A model generated the notes under the pieces. The model worked only from the letters and a program-made list of their open reading frames with translations. It ran no database searches and had not been told where the DNA came from. A stretch of 63,850 bases of DNA, the filler included, from Craspedostauros australis (taxonomy: Eukaryota), in NCBI GenBank assembly GCA_030167865.1. It is 8 parts of 8 records of this genome, joined end to end, with 100 filler letters (N's around TTAATTAATTAA, not from the genome) between each part and the next. Parts side by side here need not be neighbours in the genome. Positions count along the whole stretch, not along the records: positions 48,356 to 49,820 come from JALAGF010005585.1; positions 49,921 to 57,621 come from JALAGF010005589.1; positions 57,722 to 60,156 come from JALAGF010005592.1; 5 more parts are not named here. One strand, given 5' to 3'. The position numbers and the translations under genes are program-made. Positions 48,356 to 60,256 of this stretch are shown piece by piece (within the stretch, counting starts at the first letter, position 1; the number at the start of each line of letters is the position of its first letter).

Positions 48356-49820
48356 TGCTCGCGCATTGGTCATTCCTATGTACATCTGGCCAGAACACGA
48401 TATACATTGCCTCTGAATATTCACTGTCATATGAATCACGAAATTGGACGGAGTGACTCCTAAATATGCAATGACGGTCTCTAACAACTTGGAACGCACC
48501 CATGGGGGACCATACCATGGCCCACCATCGTTGGTTTGCTCGCGCATTGGTCATTCCTATGTACATCTAGCCAGAACACGATATTCAGTGGTGCTGAATA
48601 TTCACTGTCATATGAATCACCAAATTGGACGGAGTGACCCCTAAATACGTAATGGCAACCTATAACCACTTGGAACGCACCCATTGGGGACCATACCATG
48701 GCCCACCATCGTTGGTTTGCTCGCGCATTGATCATTTGTATGTACATCTGGCCAGAACACGATATACATTGCCTCTGAATATTCACTGTCATATGAATCA
48801 CCAAATTCGACGGAGTGACTCCTAAATATGCAATGACGGTCTCTAACAACTTGGAACTCACCCATTGAAGACCATACCATGGCCCACCATCGTTGGTTTG
48901 CTCGCGCATTGACCATTCCTATGTACATCTGGCCAGAACACGATATTCAGTGGNGCTGAATATTCACTGTCATATGAATCANCAAATNNGACCGGAGGAT
49001 CCNNTAAATATGNAATNANNNNCTATAACCACTNGGAACGCACCCATCGGGGACCATACCATGGCCCACNATCGTTGGTTTGCTCGCGCATTGATCATTT
49101 GTANGTACATCTGGCCAGAACACGATATACATTGCCTCTGAATATTCACTGTCATATGAATCACCAAATTGGACGGAGTGACCCCTAAATATGTAATGAT
49201 GCTCTATAACCACTCGGAACGCACCCATCGGGGACCATAACATGGCCCACCATCGTTGGTTTGCTCGCGCATTGNNNNNNNNNNNNNNNNNNNNNNNNNN
49301 NNNNNNNNNNNNNNNNNNNNNNNNGCCAGAACACGATATACATTGCCTCTGAATATTCACTGTCATATGAATCACCAAATTGGACGGAGTGACCCCTAAA
49401 TATGTAATTACAACCTATAACCACTCGGAACGCACCCGTCGGGGACCATAACATGGCCCACTATCGTTGGTTTGCTCGCGCATTGATCATTTGTACGTAC
49501 ATCTGGCCAGAACACGATATACATTGCCTCTGAATATTCACTGTCATATGAATCACCAAATTTGNNCGGAGTGACCCCTAAATANGTAATGNNNNNCTAT
49601 AACNACTNGGAACGCACCCATNGGGGACCATACCATGGCNCACNATCGTTGGTTTGCTCGCGCATTGACCATTCCTATGCACTTCTAGCCAGAACACGAT
49701 ATTCAGTGGTGCTGAATATTCACTGTCATATGAATCACCAAATTCGACGGAGTGACCCCTAAATATGCAATGATGCTCTATAACAACTTGGAACGCACCC
49801 ATGGGGGACCATACCATCGT
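48356..49820. repeat. Tandem satellite, 181-bp monomer, about 8 copies filling the whole contig
   Basis: TGCTCGCGCATTG recurs at 48356, 48537, 48718, 48899, 49081. Confidence 0.95.
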
Positions 49821-49920
49821 NNNNNNNNNNNNNNNNNNNNNNNNNNNNNNNNNNNNNNNNNNNNTTAATTAATTAANNNNNNNNNNNNNNNNNNNNNNNN
49901 NNNNNNNNNNNNNNNNNNNN

Positions 49921-50404
49921 TGTGGTGTACACCGACAGCGAGTTCGCTGGTGACAAGGACAATCGCATCAGTGTGGGAGGACACCTCGTCCTACTACAGG
50001 GAGTACCTATCATCTGGAGATCGAAGGCACAACGCAGCGTGACGCTGAGCTCAACGGAGGCAGAGTACGTTGCACTGTCGGAAGCAGGCAAGGAGATCCG
50101 CTTCCTGACGCAATTGATGAGTGACATCGGGTTGGAGATACACAAGCCGACAGACGTGATGGTTGACAACGTGGGAGCAATCTTCATCGCTTCCAACCCA
50201 TCAACATCGGCCAGAACCAGGCACATCGATATCNGACATCACTTCATCCGAGAGCTGATTGCGAACAAAGAGGCTAGAGCCCGGTTCGTACGTTCAGAGG
50301 ACAACATCGCAGACGGCTTCACCAAGAACACGAAGAAAGAGATCTACGACAGACACAAGGGAGATATCATTCAGCCTCGGTCAGCAGTGGACCGAGAGGA
50401 GTGA
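49921..50404 (+). mobile_element. Ty1/copia RNase H (3' end of pol)
   Basis: YTDSEFAGD...WRSKAQRSVTLSSTEAEY...VDN.GA...HIDI.HH...NIADGFTK. Confidence 0.93.
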
Positions 50405-50465
50405 GAGGGATGGTGGTGCAAGAGAGTGATGGAGTGTGGAATCTATGGTATGATGTCGATGCGAC

Positions 50466-51050
50466 AATGGAAGGGTGTCAGGAATCGAGGGTGCGACTAT
50501 GTCGTATTATCCTAGATTGCCGCACCTCCCATAATACCAAAATTAGACTGACCGATCTATCAAAGTCGGACACGCTCCCAAGTCCATTGTGGACCTCCTC
50601 CTCTGTGTGTCAAGAGTATGACGGACGACGGACAGACTAATCGTGAGACATGGTTTGAGTGGATTGACGAACTGGCATGGCGAACGATGGATGTGAAAGA
50701 GAGACCGGAACACCGAAGTGTTCCAAACATGAGGGTTGACTGGTTAACCTGAAACATCTATGCGAATGCGCTATCACGGTTGAGTCGCTCGGAACCCAGA
50801 ACATGATTACGTGACTGACAGAGAACCAGCGAAGGAGAACAAAGCGCGGACTGGAACAGCATCGAAGGACTGGACTGATCGTGCCAGAACTCCATGTTCT
50901 GAGCAAGTGTGATTGTTGGTGAACACGTGAGAAGAGTGAGTGAACAATACGGAAGAGTACACTGAATGAGTGAATGGATGCCTGATGAGAAGAGAGTGAA
51001 TCGAGCATCAGCATGTATGCGCCTCAGGAGTGTAGACCAATCTCTCAACA
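50466..51050 (+). mobile_element. Polypurine tract (AATGGAAGGG) + 3' LTR (TGTCAGGA...TCTCAACA, 50476-51050)
   Basis: PPT abuts TG; TGT...ACA termini; the start is confirmed by the homologous copy at 39914. The 3' end is tentative. Confidence 0.65.
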
Positions 51051-51681
51051 GCTGAGCATGATGAAATGCACTTGTCATGAGCAATGAAATGTGCATGACG
51101 GAGAGAGTCTGTAATGATGATCATGAGGGGCAACTACAGAAGGCCATCAGCATCATCATGGGCAAACGAGTTGACGATTTGAGAAAGGAGTATGTTGTTC
51201 TCACAGTTCTAAAACGGTAAAGTTTAATAAGCATTAGACTCTACTATAACCCCGGATTTCCAACATCCGAGGCGGTCACAACCATATGGTCTATATTGTG
51301 TTTGAGTTTGATGGTATGGAGGTATGCTTGCGTTTAGTGCTCCCATGGAGGTCGGAACGATATTTGACCACTCCGATCCACATTTTCGGTGGCAAGTTTG
51401 GAGAATTCTGGTTCCAATTCTTGCGTCATCGTGATGTGTCGATGGTTGGATCACTTCTTTGGACCAATCAGAACAAGAAAACATGTCAACCAGAACCCAA
51501 AAACGTCCGTGAATGATAGGGGTGCTTGATGGATCACATCAGTGCTCATAGAGCAAGAGAGAAACAGCCACCAAACTTCAGGATTCTATATATAAACGCT
51601 ATATGATGCTATATTGGAAATATGAGTACAGGATGGCCCACACGAGCTGAGCGCGGAGAGTTGGACTACGGTTGATGCTGT

Positions 51682-51808
51682 GTTTTGGCCTGTTTTTGTT
51701 CGGGACTTACGTAGAACGTGTACCACGATCTACACGACATTTTTCTTGTAACCAACTGTAACCAATTTTTTTGGTTACAGCCGGCTCTTTGAGGCACTAG
51801 CGAAAATC
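51682..51808 (+). promoter_or_regulatory. Conserved non-coding cassette in the leader/LTR region of a copia gag
   Basis: Homologous to 40113-40260 on the minus strand. Includes hairpin CTGTAACCAA-TTTTT-TTGGTTACAG (51756-51780). Function is inferred only. Confidence 0.5.
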
Positions 51809-51880
51809 GAAGAAACGACAACACCGAAACAGACGGAAATCAAGGGCGCGAGCGCACCAACGACGAAACAACAAGACAAG

Positions 51881-54800
51881 ATGGTGACATCAGCCAACAC
51901 GAACAAGCGACACATCAAGGCGCCGATGTTCAGTGGTAAACAAGAAGACTATAGTGCATGGGAGTCCCAAGCGAAGGCATACGCTCGTGCACAGAAGACG
52001 AGAGACGTGATGTTGGGCAAGACGAAGATTCCAACAGTGAGTGAGATCGTGGCAGCCACCAATGATGCCAAGGAAGCGATGGAGGAAACCTACGAGCTGG
52101 CATGTGACTGCTTCAGCAATCTAATCCTCATGATGGATGCAGAGAAAGGGAAAGGCAAGCAGGCCATCCAGTACATCAATCAATGCGTCTCCGACAACTA
52201 CCCTGAGGGGAATCCACACACGGCGTGGAAAGTCCTTGCGGAGAAGTTCCGCCCATCCGACGCGGCGACGAAGATCAAGCTCAAGCGCCAATTCAACAAC
52301 AAAAAGATGAAGAGAGACTCGGACCCCGACGTATACATCACGCGACTCGAGCTTCTACGCTCACGTCTCCACAATGTTGGATACACGATCACCAACAAGG
52401 AAATGATCATGCAAATCCTCAGTACAGTAAGCGTGGAGTACAGAACTCACATTGTGAGCTTCAATCATCAACTCACGTTTAATCCGACAGTGGTCACCAT
52501 CAACGCGATCAGAGGAGTACTCCGCACAGCACACGCCACTCATCAAGGAGGAAAGGCGTACATCGGCGACTTCCAAGACAGTAACATGAAGAGCAACGAC
52601 ACCGGCTTCACAAGCACCGGTAACTTCAAGGGGACCTGCCACAACTGTGGTGTGTATGGTCACAGATCCGCCGATTGCCCAGAACGCAAGAAATCGAACA
52701 ACAAGAAAAACAACAACTACAACAAAATGAACGGAAAGCGCAACAACAATCGCAACAAGGGAAGCGGCTTCAACAGGAAGCGCAACTACTGCGGCATCTT
52801 TGGACATCGCGAGGCGGAGTGCCGAAAGAAGAAGTTCATCGAGAAGAAGAAGGCCGACGAGCAGGCCAACACAGCAACACAAGGACACGACAAGAGCGGG
52901 CACGAGATGGTACTCTCTGCAAAGGACATGCCGCTCTGCATGTTGGTGTCCGATGACTACATCAAAGACTCCTTCTTCGATAACTTCGAGTATGTCGGGA
53001 GTGACGACGAAGTGCAGGACGATGAGATCGTCCTGGAGTGGCTCAGCGAGGAGCCCATCATCCACGAGGTGGATCCAAGACGCGAAGTGAGCTACAAATG
53101 CTGCTTCAACGCAAACAACCTGATCGGTCCATACGGCGACGGAGCCGAGATGGGCAACGAGGCCATCGATAGCGACATCGAAGAGGCCATGAGCGAAGAC
53201 AACAAAGACGCCGACGAAGATGGCGCAGACGAAGACGACGACGATACTACCAGAGACGGGGCGAACCGCGCCGAGGCGTTGCCTCCCCCAGCAATGCGAA
53301 ACGAGAGAACGGGCATCTTCGACGAGGATGACAGCGACGAATCCGAGGACGGCAATCATCCAGACGACAGCTTCAATCCAAACGAGCGTGTCGTCTACCC
53401 AGGGAACATCGACTTTCCACCAATCGAGGATCCCAACAGGTCCGACTACCTCCATCGTCAGGATACCGTTCCATATGCAACAGAGACAGCATTGGTAATC
53501 CAGAAGCAACTCATCTTCGATGCTGTGATGGAAGCAGGAGTGAAACTGTTCCCAGGAGTCGCAGAAGGCGTACTCAGACCAATATGGGTGAACATGATGG
53601 GATCCATCCTATCCAAGAACTTCAGATCAATTGAAGAGATCCTCGCCAACTCGGTCATCATCAACCAACTGTTGGAAGCGGACAACACAGAGACGATCCC
53701 AGAGACGGACCTACACTACCTCCTTGGGGGATGCATGCGCGTGCTCTTACGCGAACGATCACGCGTCCATCCTTACGATCCAGTCACAGGATCACATCGA
53801 AACAGTACGATTCCATCGGACTATGCACAACTACCCGACAACATGGATGATGAGGATCACCATGATCCGTACGACCAAGATAGAGTTCACGAAGACGACG
53901 ACGACGGCAGCTTTGACGACAAGATAGCTGCAGCTGCCGTGGAGCAGCTCCACAAGCTGAGCGCCAAGTACAAGGACAAGGTCAACAAGGACACCTGACT
54001 CGCCGATAGCGGAGCTTCGTGTCACATTGTCAACTCGGACGCCGCTCTCTTCAACGTGCGGCACATCAAGTCCTTCGTCCAAGTGGGGGACAGCATGAAG
54101 CTGGACTCTCCCAAAATGGGATCCATTCGCTTGAAAGTCAAACAGCGAGACAACACTGGCCACGTCATCCGGCTCGATGATGTGAAGTACACACCCAAGA
54201 TGGCGGTGAACNTTTTCTCNACGAACAAGGCTCTGTACAACGGTTACCAGCTTGGTAACAACGGCATTCTGATGGACATCATCAACGGATCCGGAACGAA
54301 GATCGTGCTCGATCGAGTCTTCCCCACATCCAACGGATTCATCACGGGAGTGCAGATGCATCCCATCATGCCAACAGACGACGACAAGGCTTGTACAGTC
54401 ATCGTCAAGAATCCATCCAAGGAGATCAGCGCGGTGAACCTGCACCGAATGCTCGGACACGCACCACTCGAAACCATGAAGCGGACAGCCGCCCAATACG
54501 GAAGGAAGATTATCGGCGAGATGCTGGTATGTCGCGACTGCGCGGTCGCGAACGCAAGAGTGAAGAACATCTCGAAGGTGACGATCCCGAGAGCAACTCG
54601 CCGCGGCGAACGTCTCTTCATTGACATTAGTTACACTAAACACAGAAGCTTCAGAGATAAACGCTACTGGACCCTGATCGTGGACGACTGCACGGATCAC
54701 TGCTGGAGTTTCTTTCTCAAGAACAAAAGTGATCAACCAGGATACATCAAACGATTCGTCCAGATGATCAAGTCACAGACTGGTGATCAACAAATCATCT

Positions 54801-57621
54801 TCCGAGGAGACAACAGTGGAGAGAACAAATCCACGCAGGATATTCTCATCGATGCAGGACTCAACGTGAAATTCGAGTTCATGGCATCGAACACGCCGCA
54901 ACAGAATGGCAGAGTGGAACGGAAGTTCGCGTATCTCTACACCAAGATCCGCTCCATGCTCAACGGAGCACAGCTCAACAAAGAGTATAGGCATGGCCTG
55001 TGGGCAGCAGCTGCGAGCACTGCCACCGCCATCGCCAACATCACCATAGCGAAGAATCAGAAAGAGTCGCCACATCGCCAATTCTTCGGCAACGATCCAC
55101 CATATGCGGATGTACTCCGCACATTTGGAGAGGTGGGTGTTGTGAAGACTACCTACGGCGGGATTACCGCGAAACTCAAGAATAGAGGAGAAGAGATGGT
55201 GTTCATTGGATATGCACACCAACACGCATCAGGGGTCTACAACATGTACAGACCATTGACCAAGTCACTCATCTGTTCACGGGACATCAAGTGGCTCAAC
55301 CAATCATACGGACAGTTCTGTGGCTGGGCACCAGCACCGAACATATCCAACGAAACAGGAACAACGGACGCAGACGGCTTCACAACCATCGGACGGAAGG
55401 GAGCAACGCCAAGGACGGCAACGCGTCGAACATCAGAGGCGAAGAGAGTATCTTTCGCTGACAGCAACAGGTACTACATCCTATCAGACAGCGACGATGA
55501 GGATAATGAGGACGATGGAGTAACGACTCAACTAGTCCACAATGACGAGGAAGATCGGAGCGAATCCAATCATGAAGATGATGAGATCCTACCATCCGGC
55601 GACGAAGCCGACGATGACACAGGCGTCACTCCTCCGAACACACCAGCGAGGTCTACACATGNCACACCATCCAGACCTCCACCGAGCAAACCAAGCAAGC
55701 GTGACATAGCTAGAAAGGAGAGGATCCGACGTCACGAAGCACGAGGCAGGAAGGGAGAAACAAATCCCAAATCAACTACAGGGAAGAGTATTCCCAGAGC
55801 TCTACGTGAGCTCGCGGACTTCAATGAACGAGGTTGAAAGGAAGAAGGCTATGAGAGCGATCCATCATCCAATGAGGCGAGTGACGAACTCAGCGATGAA
55901 ATGATCGACGATTCCAACAACGAAACTACAGATGACGAAGAAATCGAAGACGATGATGAAGAGATCGAGATCACTCACCATAGCACAACTGGACTATACG
56001 GGATGAATGCAATCATCACCGAGAGACCAGCGATCGACATCGGATTGTCGATGCAGGACGAGAACAAGGAACCAGAGAAGCACATCGAACCTACAACGTT
56101 CNANGGAGCCTTCAATCACCTAGATCCTATCCATCGGAAGGGATATCGAGCAGCCATCAAGAAGGAGTTCGACTCCATGGATACACGCAAGCTGTACAGC
56201 AAGATCAAACGAGACGCCATCCCACGCGGCCGCAGATGCTGCAAGTGCAAATGGGTCTTCAAGCTGAAGCATGACGGCACACATCGAGCACGACTCGTTG
56301 CATGTGGCTATTCACAAATCGCAGGAGTAGACTTCCAAGAGCATTACTCACCCGTCATCCATGACGTGACCTATTGGGTCATGATGGTGATCATGCTAAT
56401 CAAGAAGATGGACTGCGCACTCGTCGATGTCGTAACGGCATTCCTACANNNNNNNNNNNNNNNNNNNNNNNNNNNNNNNNNNNNNNNNNNNNNNNNNNNN
56501 NNNNNNNNNNNNNNNNNNNNNNNNNNNNNNNNNNNNNNNNNACTTGTGCAGAGCGCCAGGCAATGGTTCAAGATGTTGGTATCGACCCTCAAGAATATCA
56601 ACTTCGAACAGAGCGCAGCAGACCCATGCCTGTTCTACAGAAAGACGAACGAAGGAAGCATGATCGTGGCCATCTACGTAGACGATTGCTTCTGTTGTGG
56701 AGACTCCAAGGCACTGGAGACATTCCTGAAGGACATCCAAGGCAGCAAATTCAAGGTGACAATCGAGCGCGGACTCGGAGACTACCTCAGCTGCAACATC
56801 GAACTGAANCATGACAAGACTAGAGCNACATTGCGTCAACCACATCTCATCCGACACCTCATCGAAGAGTTTGGAACCAAGGTTGAGAAGATGCAACGCT
56901 ATGGGACACCGGGAACCCCAGGTCAAATCATCGTACGACCATCCGAAGATAATGGACTACAAAAGGTCGGACCGGAAGAACATGCCAAATACCGCCGAGG
57001 CGTCGGTATGCTACTCTTCCTCATCAAGCACTCGCGACCAGACATCGCGAACCCTCTGAGGGAACTCTCCAAGGTATTGATCGGGCCCACCAAGGCCGCA
57101 ATGAAGGAGATGTATTGGATCATCAAGTACGTGATCGATACAAAGGACTATGGATTGAAGATCCATCCAGCATGTCCAGACAACGACGGCTGGGACATGG
57201 AGCTCTTCTGCGATAGCGAATATTCAGGAGACAAGAACACGAGAATCAGCGTAGGAGGGTTCATCCTATACCTGTGCAAGGTACCAATCCTTTGGCGATC
57301 CAAGGCATAGAAGGCCGTCACACTCAGCTCATCCGAAGCAGAATACGTTGCCCTTTCCGAAGCGGCAAAGGAAATCTTCTTCGTCATGCAGCTACTCGAA
57401 AGTGTAGGCGTCCCAGTGAAGACACCGATCAAAGTCCGCGTGGACAACATCAGAGCGATCTTCATCGCCAAGAACCCATCAACATCCCAACAATCGCGGC
57501 ACATCGACGTGCGCCATCACTACGTGAGGAACATGGTAATCAACAAAACCATCGAAATCATTTTTGTCAAATCCGAGCAGACCACAAGCGACGGATTCAC
57601 CAAGAACATCAAGGCCGACTT
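51881..57621 (+). mobile_element. Near-complete Ty1/copia single-frame gag-pol (gag, Zn knuckles, extra domain, PR, IN, RT, RH) with three in-frame stops
   Basis: FSGKQEDYSAW gag start, CHNCGVYGHRSADC, LADSGASCH, HRMLGH..CRDC, RGDNSGE, QQNGRVER, YVDD, FCDSEY...SSSEAEY. All pieces are in one frame, with stops at 53996, 55835 and 57308. Confidence 0.95.
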
Positions 57622-58429
57622 NNNNNNNNNNNNNNNNNNNNNNNNNNNNNNNNNNNNNNNNNNNNTTAATTAATTAANNNNNNNNNNNNNNNNNNNNNNN
57701 NNNNNNNNNNNNNNNNNNNNNGGGAGGCGCGGTAATGCCATGTGTTGAAATATAATTGCATCAACATCAAAATATCGCGAAAAGGCGAGCAAACTGCCAT
57801 GCCCGATATTTCTATTCATTTCGTGACCTTTAAGTGGATGGAACAACAGAATTTTGCTCCATTGTCATACAGTACTGATGTTTGCTGCTTATTTGTATGC
57901 GGCGAATTACTGGTTTACTATTTGCTACTGCGTACAAGAGTGTGTGTGTGGCTTGTTTACTGTTATATGTATTTCGGTACGATGTCATCAATCCTCTTCC
58001 TCGCTGGTGTCCTCGTCGCTGCTGTCCTCTTCCTCGCTGCTGTCCTCGTCGCTGCTGTCCTCATCATTGCTGCCCTCATCATTGCTGTCCTCGTAGCTGC
58101 TGTCCTCGTCATTGCTGTCCTCCTTCATTGGCTCATTCAGGCCGGTCCCCAACAAGTTGTCTCCAAGTAGGTCGAGGCCGTCGAATTCATCAAATGCGTA
58201 CTCTGGGAGAGTTGCATCAATACCACCACCTGGAACCCACTGGGGGTCCTGGCCTTCTTCTGCAGCAGCAGCATCTTCTTNNNNNNNNNNNNNNNNNNNN
58301 NNNNNNNNNNNNNNNNNNNNNNNNNNNNNNTTATTTGTATGCGGCGAATTACTGGTTTACTATTTGCTACTGCGTACAAGAGTGTGTGTGTGGCTTGTTT
58401 ACTGTTATATGTATTTCGGTACGATGTCA

Positions 58430-60156
58430 TCAATCCTCTTCCTCGCTGGTGTCCTCGTCGCTGCTGTCCTCTTCCTCGCTGCTGTCCTCGTCGCTGCTGT
58501 CCTCATCATTGCTGCCCTCATCATTGCTGTCCTCGTAGCTGCTGTCCTCGTCATTGCTGTCCTCCTTCATTGGCTCATTCAGGCCGGTCCCCAACAAGTT
58601 GTCTCCAAGTAGGTCGAGGCCGTCGAATTCATCAAATGCGTACTCTGGGAGAGTTGNNNNNNNNNNNCCACCTGGAACCCACTGGGGGTCCTGGCCTTCT
58701 TCTGCAGCAGCAGCATCTTCTTGTTGTTTGGCTTGTGCAGCAGCAGCAGCAGCATCTTCTTCTTCTTGTTTGGCTTGTGCAGCAGCAGCAGCATCTTCTT
58801 CTTCTTGTTGGGCTCGAGCAGCAGCAGCAGCATCTTCTTCTTCTTGTTGGGCTCGAGCAGCAGCAGCAGCAGCTTCTTCTTCTTCTTGTTTGGCTCGAGC
58901 AGCAGCTTCTTCCTGTGCTGCAGCATCAGCCTCCCTCTTCGCTCGTGCCGCCACAGCCGCGGTCTTCACCGCAAACGCTCGGGCTCTCGCCACTGCTGAT
59001 GGTTTGACGCGCGGGGATTTCCCCGCTGGCACCACGCGCTCAATGAGGACCTCATCGTGGCCCGGGGGGGCTCTCTTGGGGGTGCGGGGGTAGCGGGCCG
59101 CTGCCATCGCGATGCCATGGGCGATCGCGGCATCAACACCACGCCTGATTGGTGCGGGTGTTGGTTCGGTGTGGTGGATGGCGTTTTTGGTTTTTGTGGG
59201 TGATTTGTGTTTCTTGTCCTTCCGCTTTTTCTTGCGTGCTTTGCTTTTGGTCTTGGAGTGTTTGCTGNNNNNNNNNNNNNNNNNNNNNNNNNNNNNNNNN
59301 NNNNNNNNNNNNNNNNNNNNNNNNNNNNNNNAAAGCGGCTGCTGGTGGCACTCAGGCTTTTACCGGACAGGCTCACCACGTCCGGACCCTCGGGAAAAGC
59401 CTTCCCAAACACACCGCGCTGTTGGAAGAAGAAGTTCGCAAAGTGGAAGAAAATTGCATGTGTTAGTCCGTGTGCTTTTGTCACCCATCGAGTCGTGGGT
59501 GATCGTGAAAGTCATCGGGTCATTCTGCTTTTACTTACCTCTATCGCGGCTGGCTTCTCGTATGTCTTCGCTTGAAGAAATGTCCCAGTACCGATGCTGG
59601 AGTCATCGCAACGGGAGGGAAGACATGTATGACGCGTGTTGATGTCAACACGGAATTGGGGCTTAGTCGCCCCAACCCGCGACAAGCCAGCGAACACAGG
59701 GCGATTATGTGGAGAACGAGCTTTGGGAACGATAGAGACGATGGGATGAGAACTGTTTTGCTCAACAACACGGACGATAAGCACAGGCGCCCGCACCAAA
59801 GCTTCTTTGTCGTTCGTTGGAACTTCAAGTTCAAGGTAGTTGATCCCGTTGAGAACGCGATCGTCAGCGCGTTCCCATCGATTTGTCACAGCGAACGGCA
59901 AATCGACAGTTTGTGTGCGCACTGGTGCTCCATTGCGCTGTTTCATACGCGACAATGATGTCTTGCTTGCATCTGCACGTGCCTTCTCGTCGTTGAAGGG
60001 AGACACCCAAAGACCGTTCGCAACCGTAAACTCATCGCGCAAATGGTCGTGAACACGTTCGATGTTTGCAACAGCAGCATTTTGTGCAACTTCAAGCACA
60101 ACAGACATGCCCCCAGGCGCAACATGCACACGAAGGTCTTTGTGGCAAGTGCCACC
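58430..60156 (-). CDS. Spliced hypothetical protein (5' incomplete): globular region, intron 59538-59419, basic patch, Ala/Glu repeats, acidic tail
   Basis: GTAAGT donor, CTAAC branch site, pyrimidine tract and CAG acceptor give an in-frame junction. The frame of ORF 58430-59107 is open back to the gap at 59268. EEEDAAAAARAQQ repeats. Joining across the gap is inferred. Confidence 0.55.
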
Positions 60157-60256
60157 NNNNNNNNNNNNNNNNNNNNNNNNNNNNNNNNNNNNNNNNNNNN
60201 TTAATTAATTAANNNNNNNNNNNNNNNNNNNNNNNNNNNNNNNNNNNNNNNNNNNN

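Noticed and set aside
48356..49820. Possible CRISPR array
   Set aside because: The whole 181-bp unit repeats. There are no unique spacers and no cas genes, and the context is eukaryotic.
51193..51823. 5' LTR bounded by TGTTGT...ACAACA
   Set aside because: There is no 3' LTR in the contig to compare, and the CAA-rich leader gives several chance ACAACA ends. Boundaries cannot be supported.
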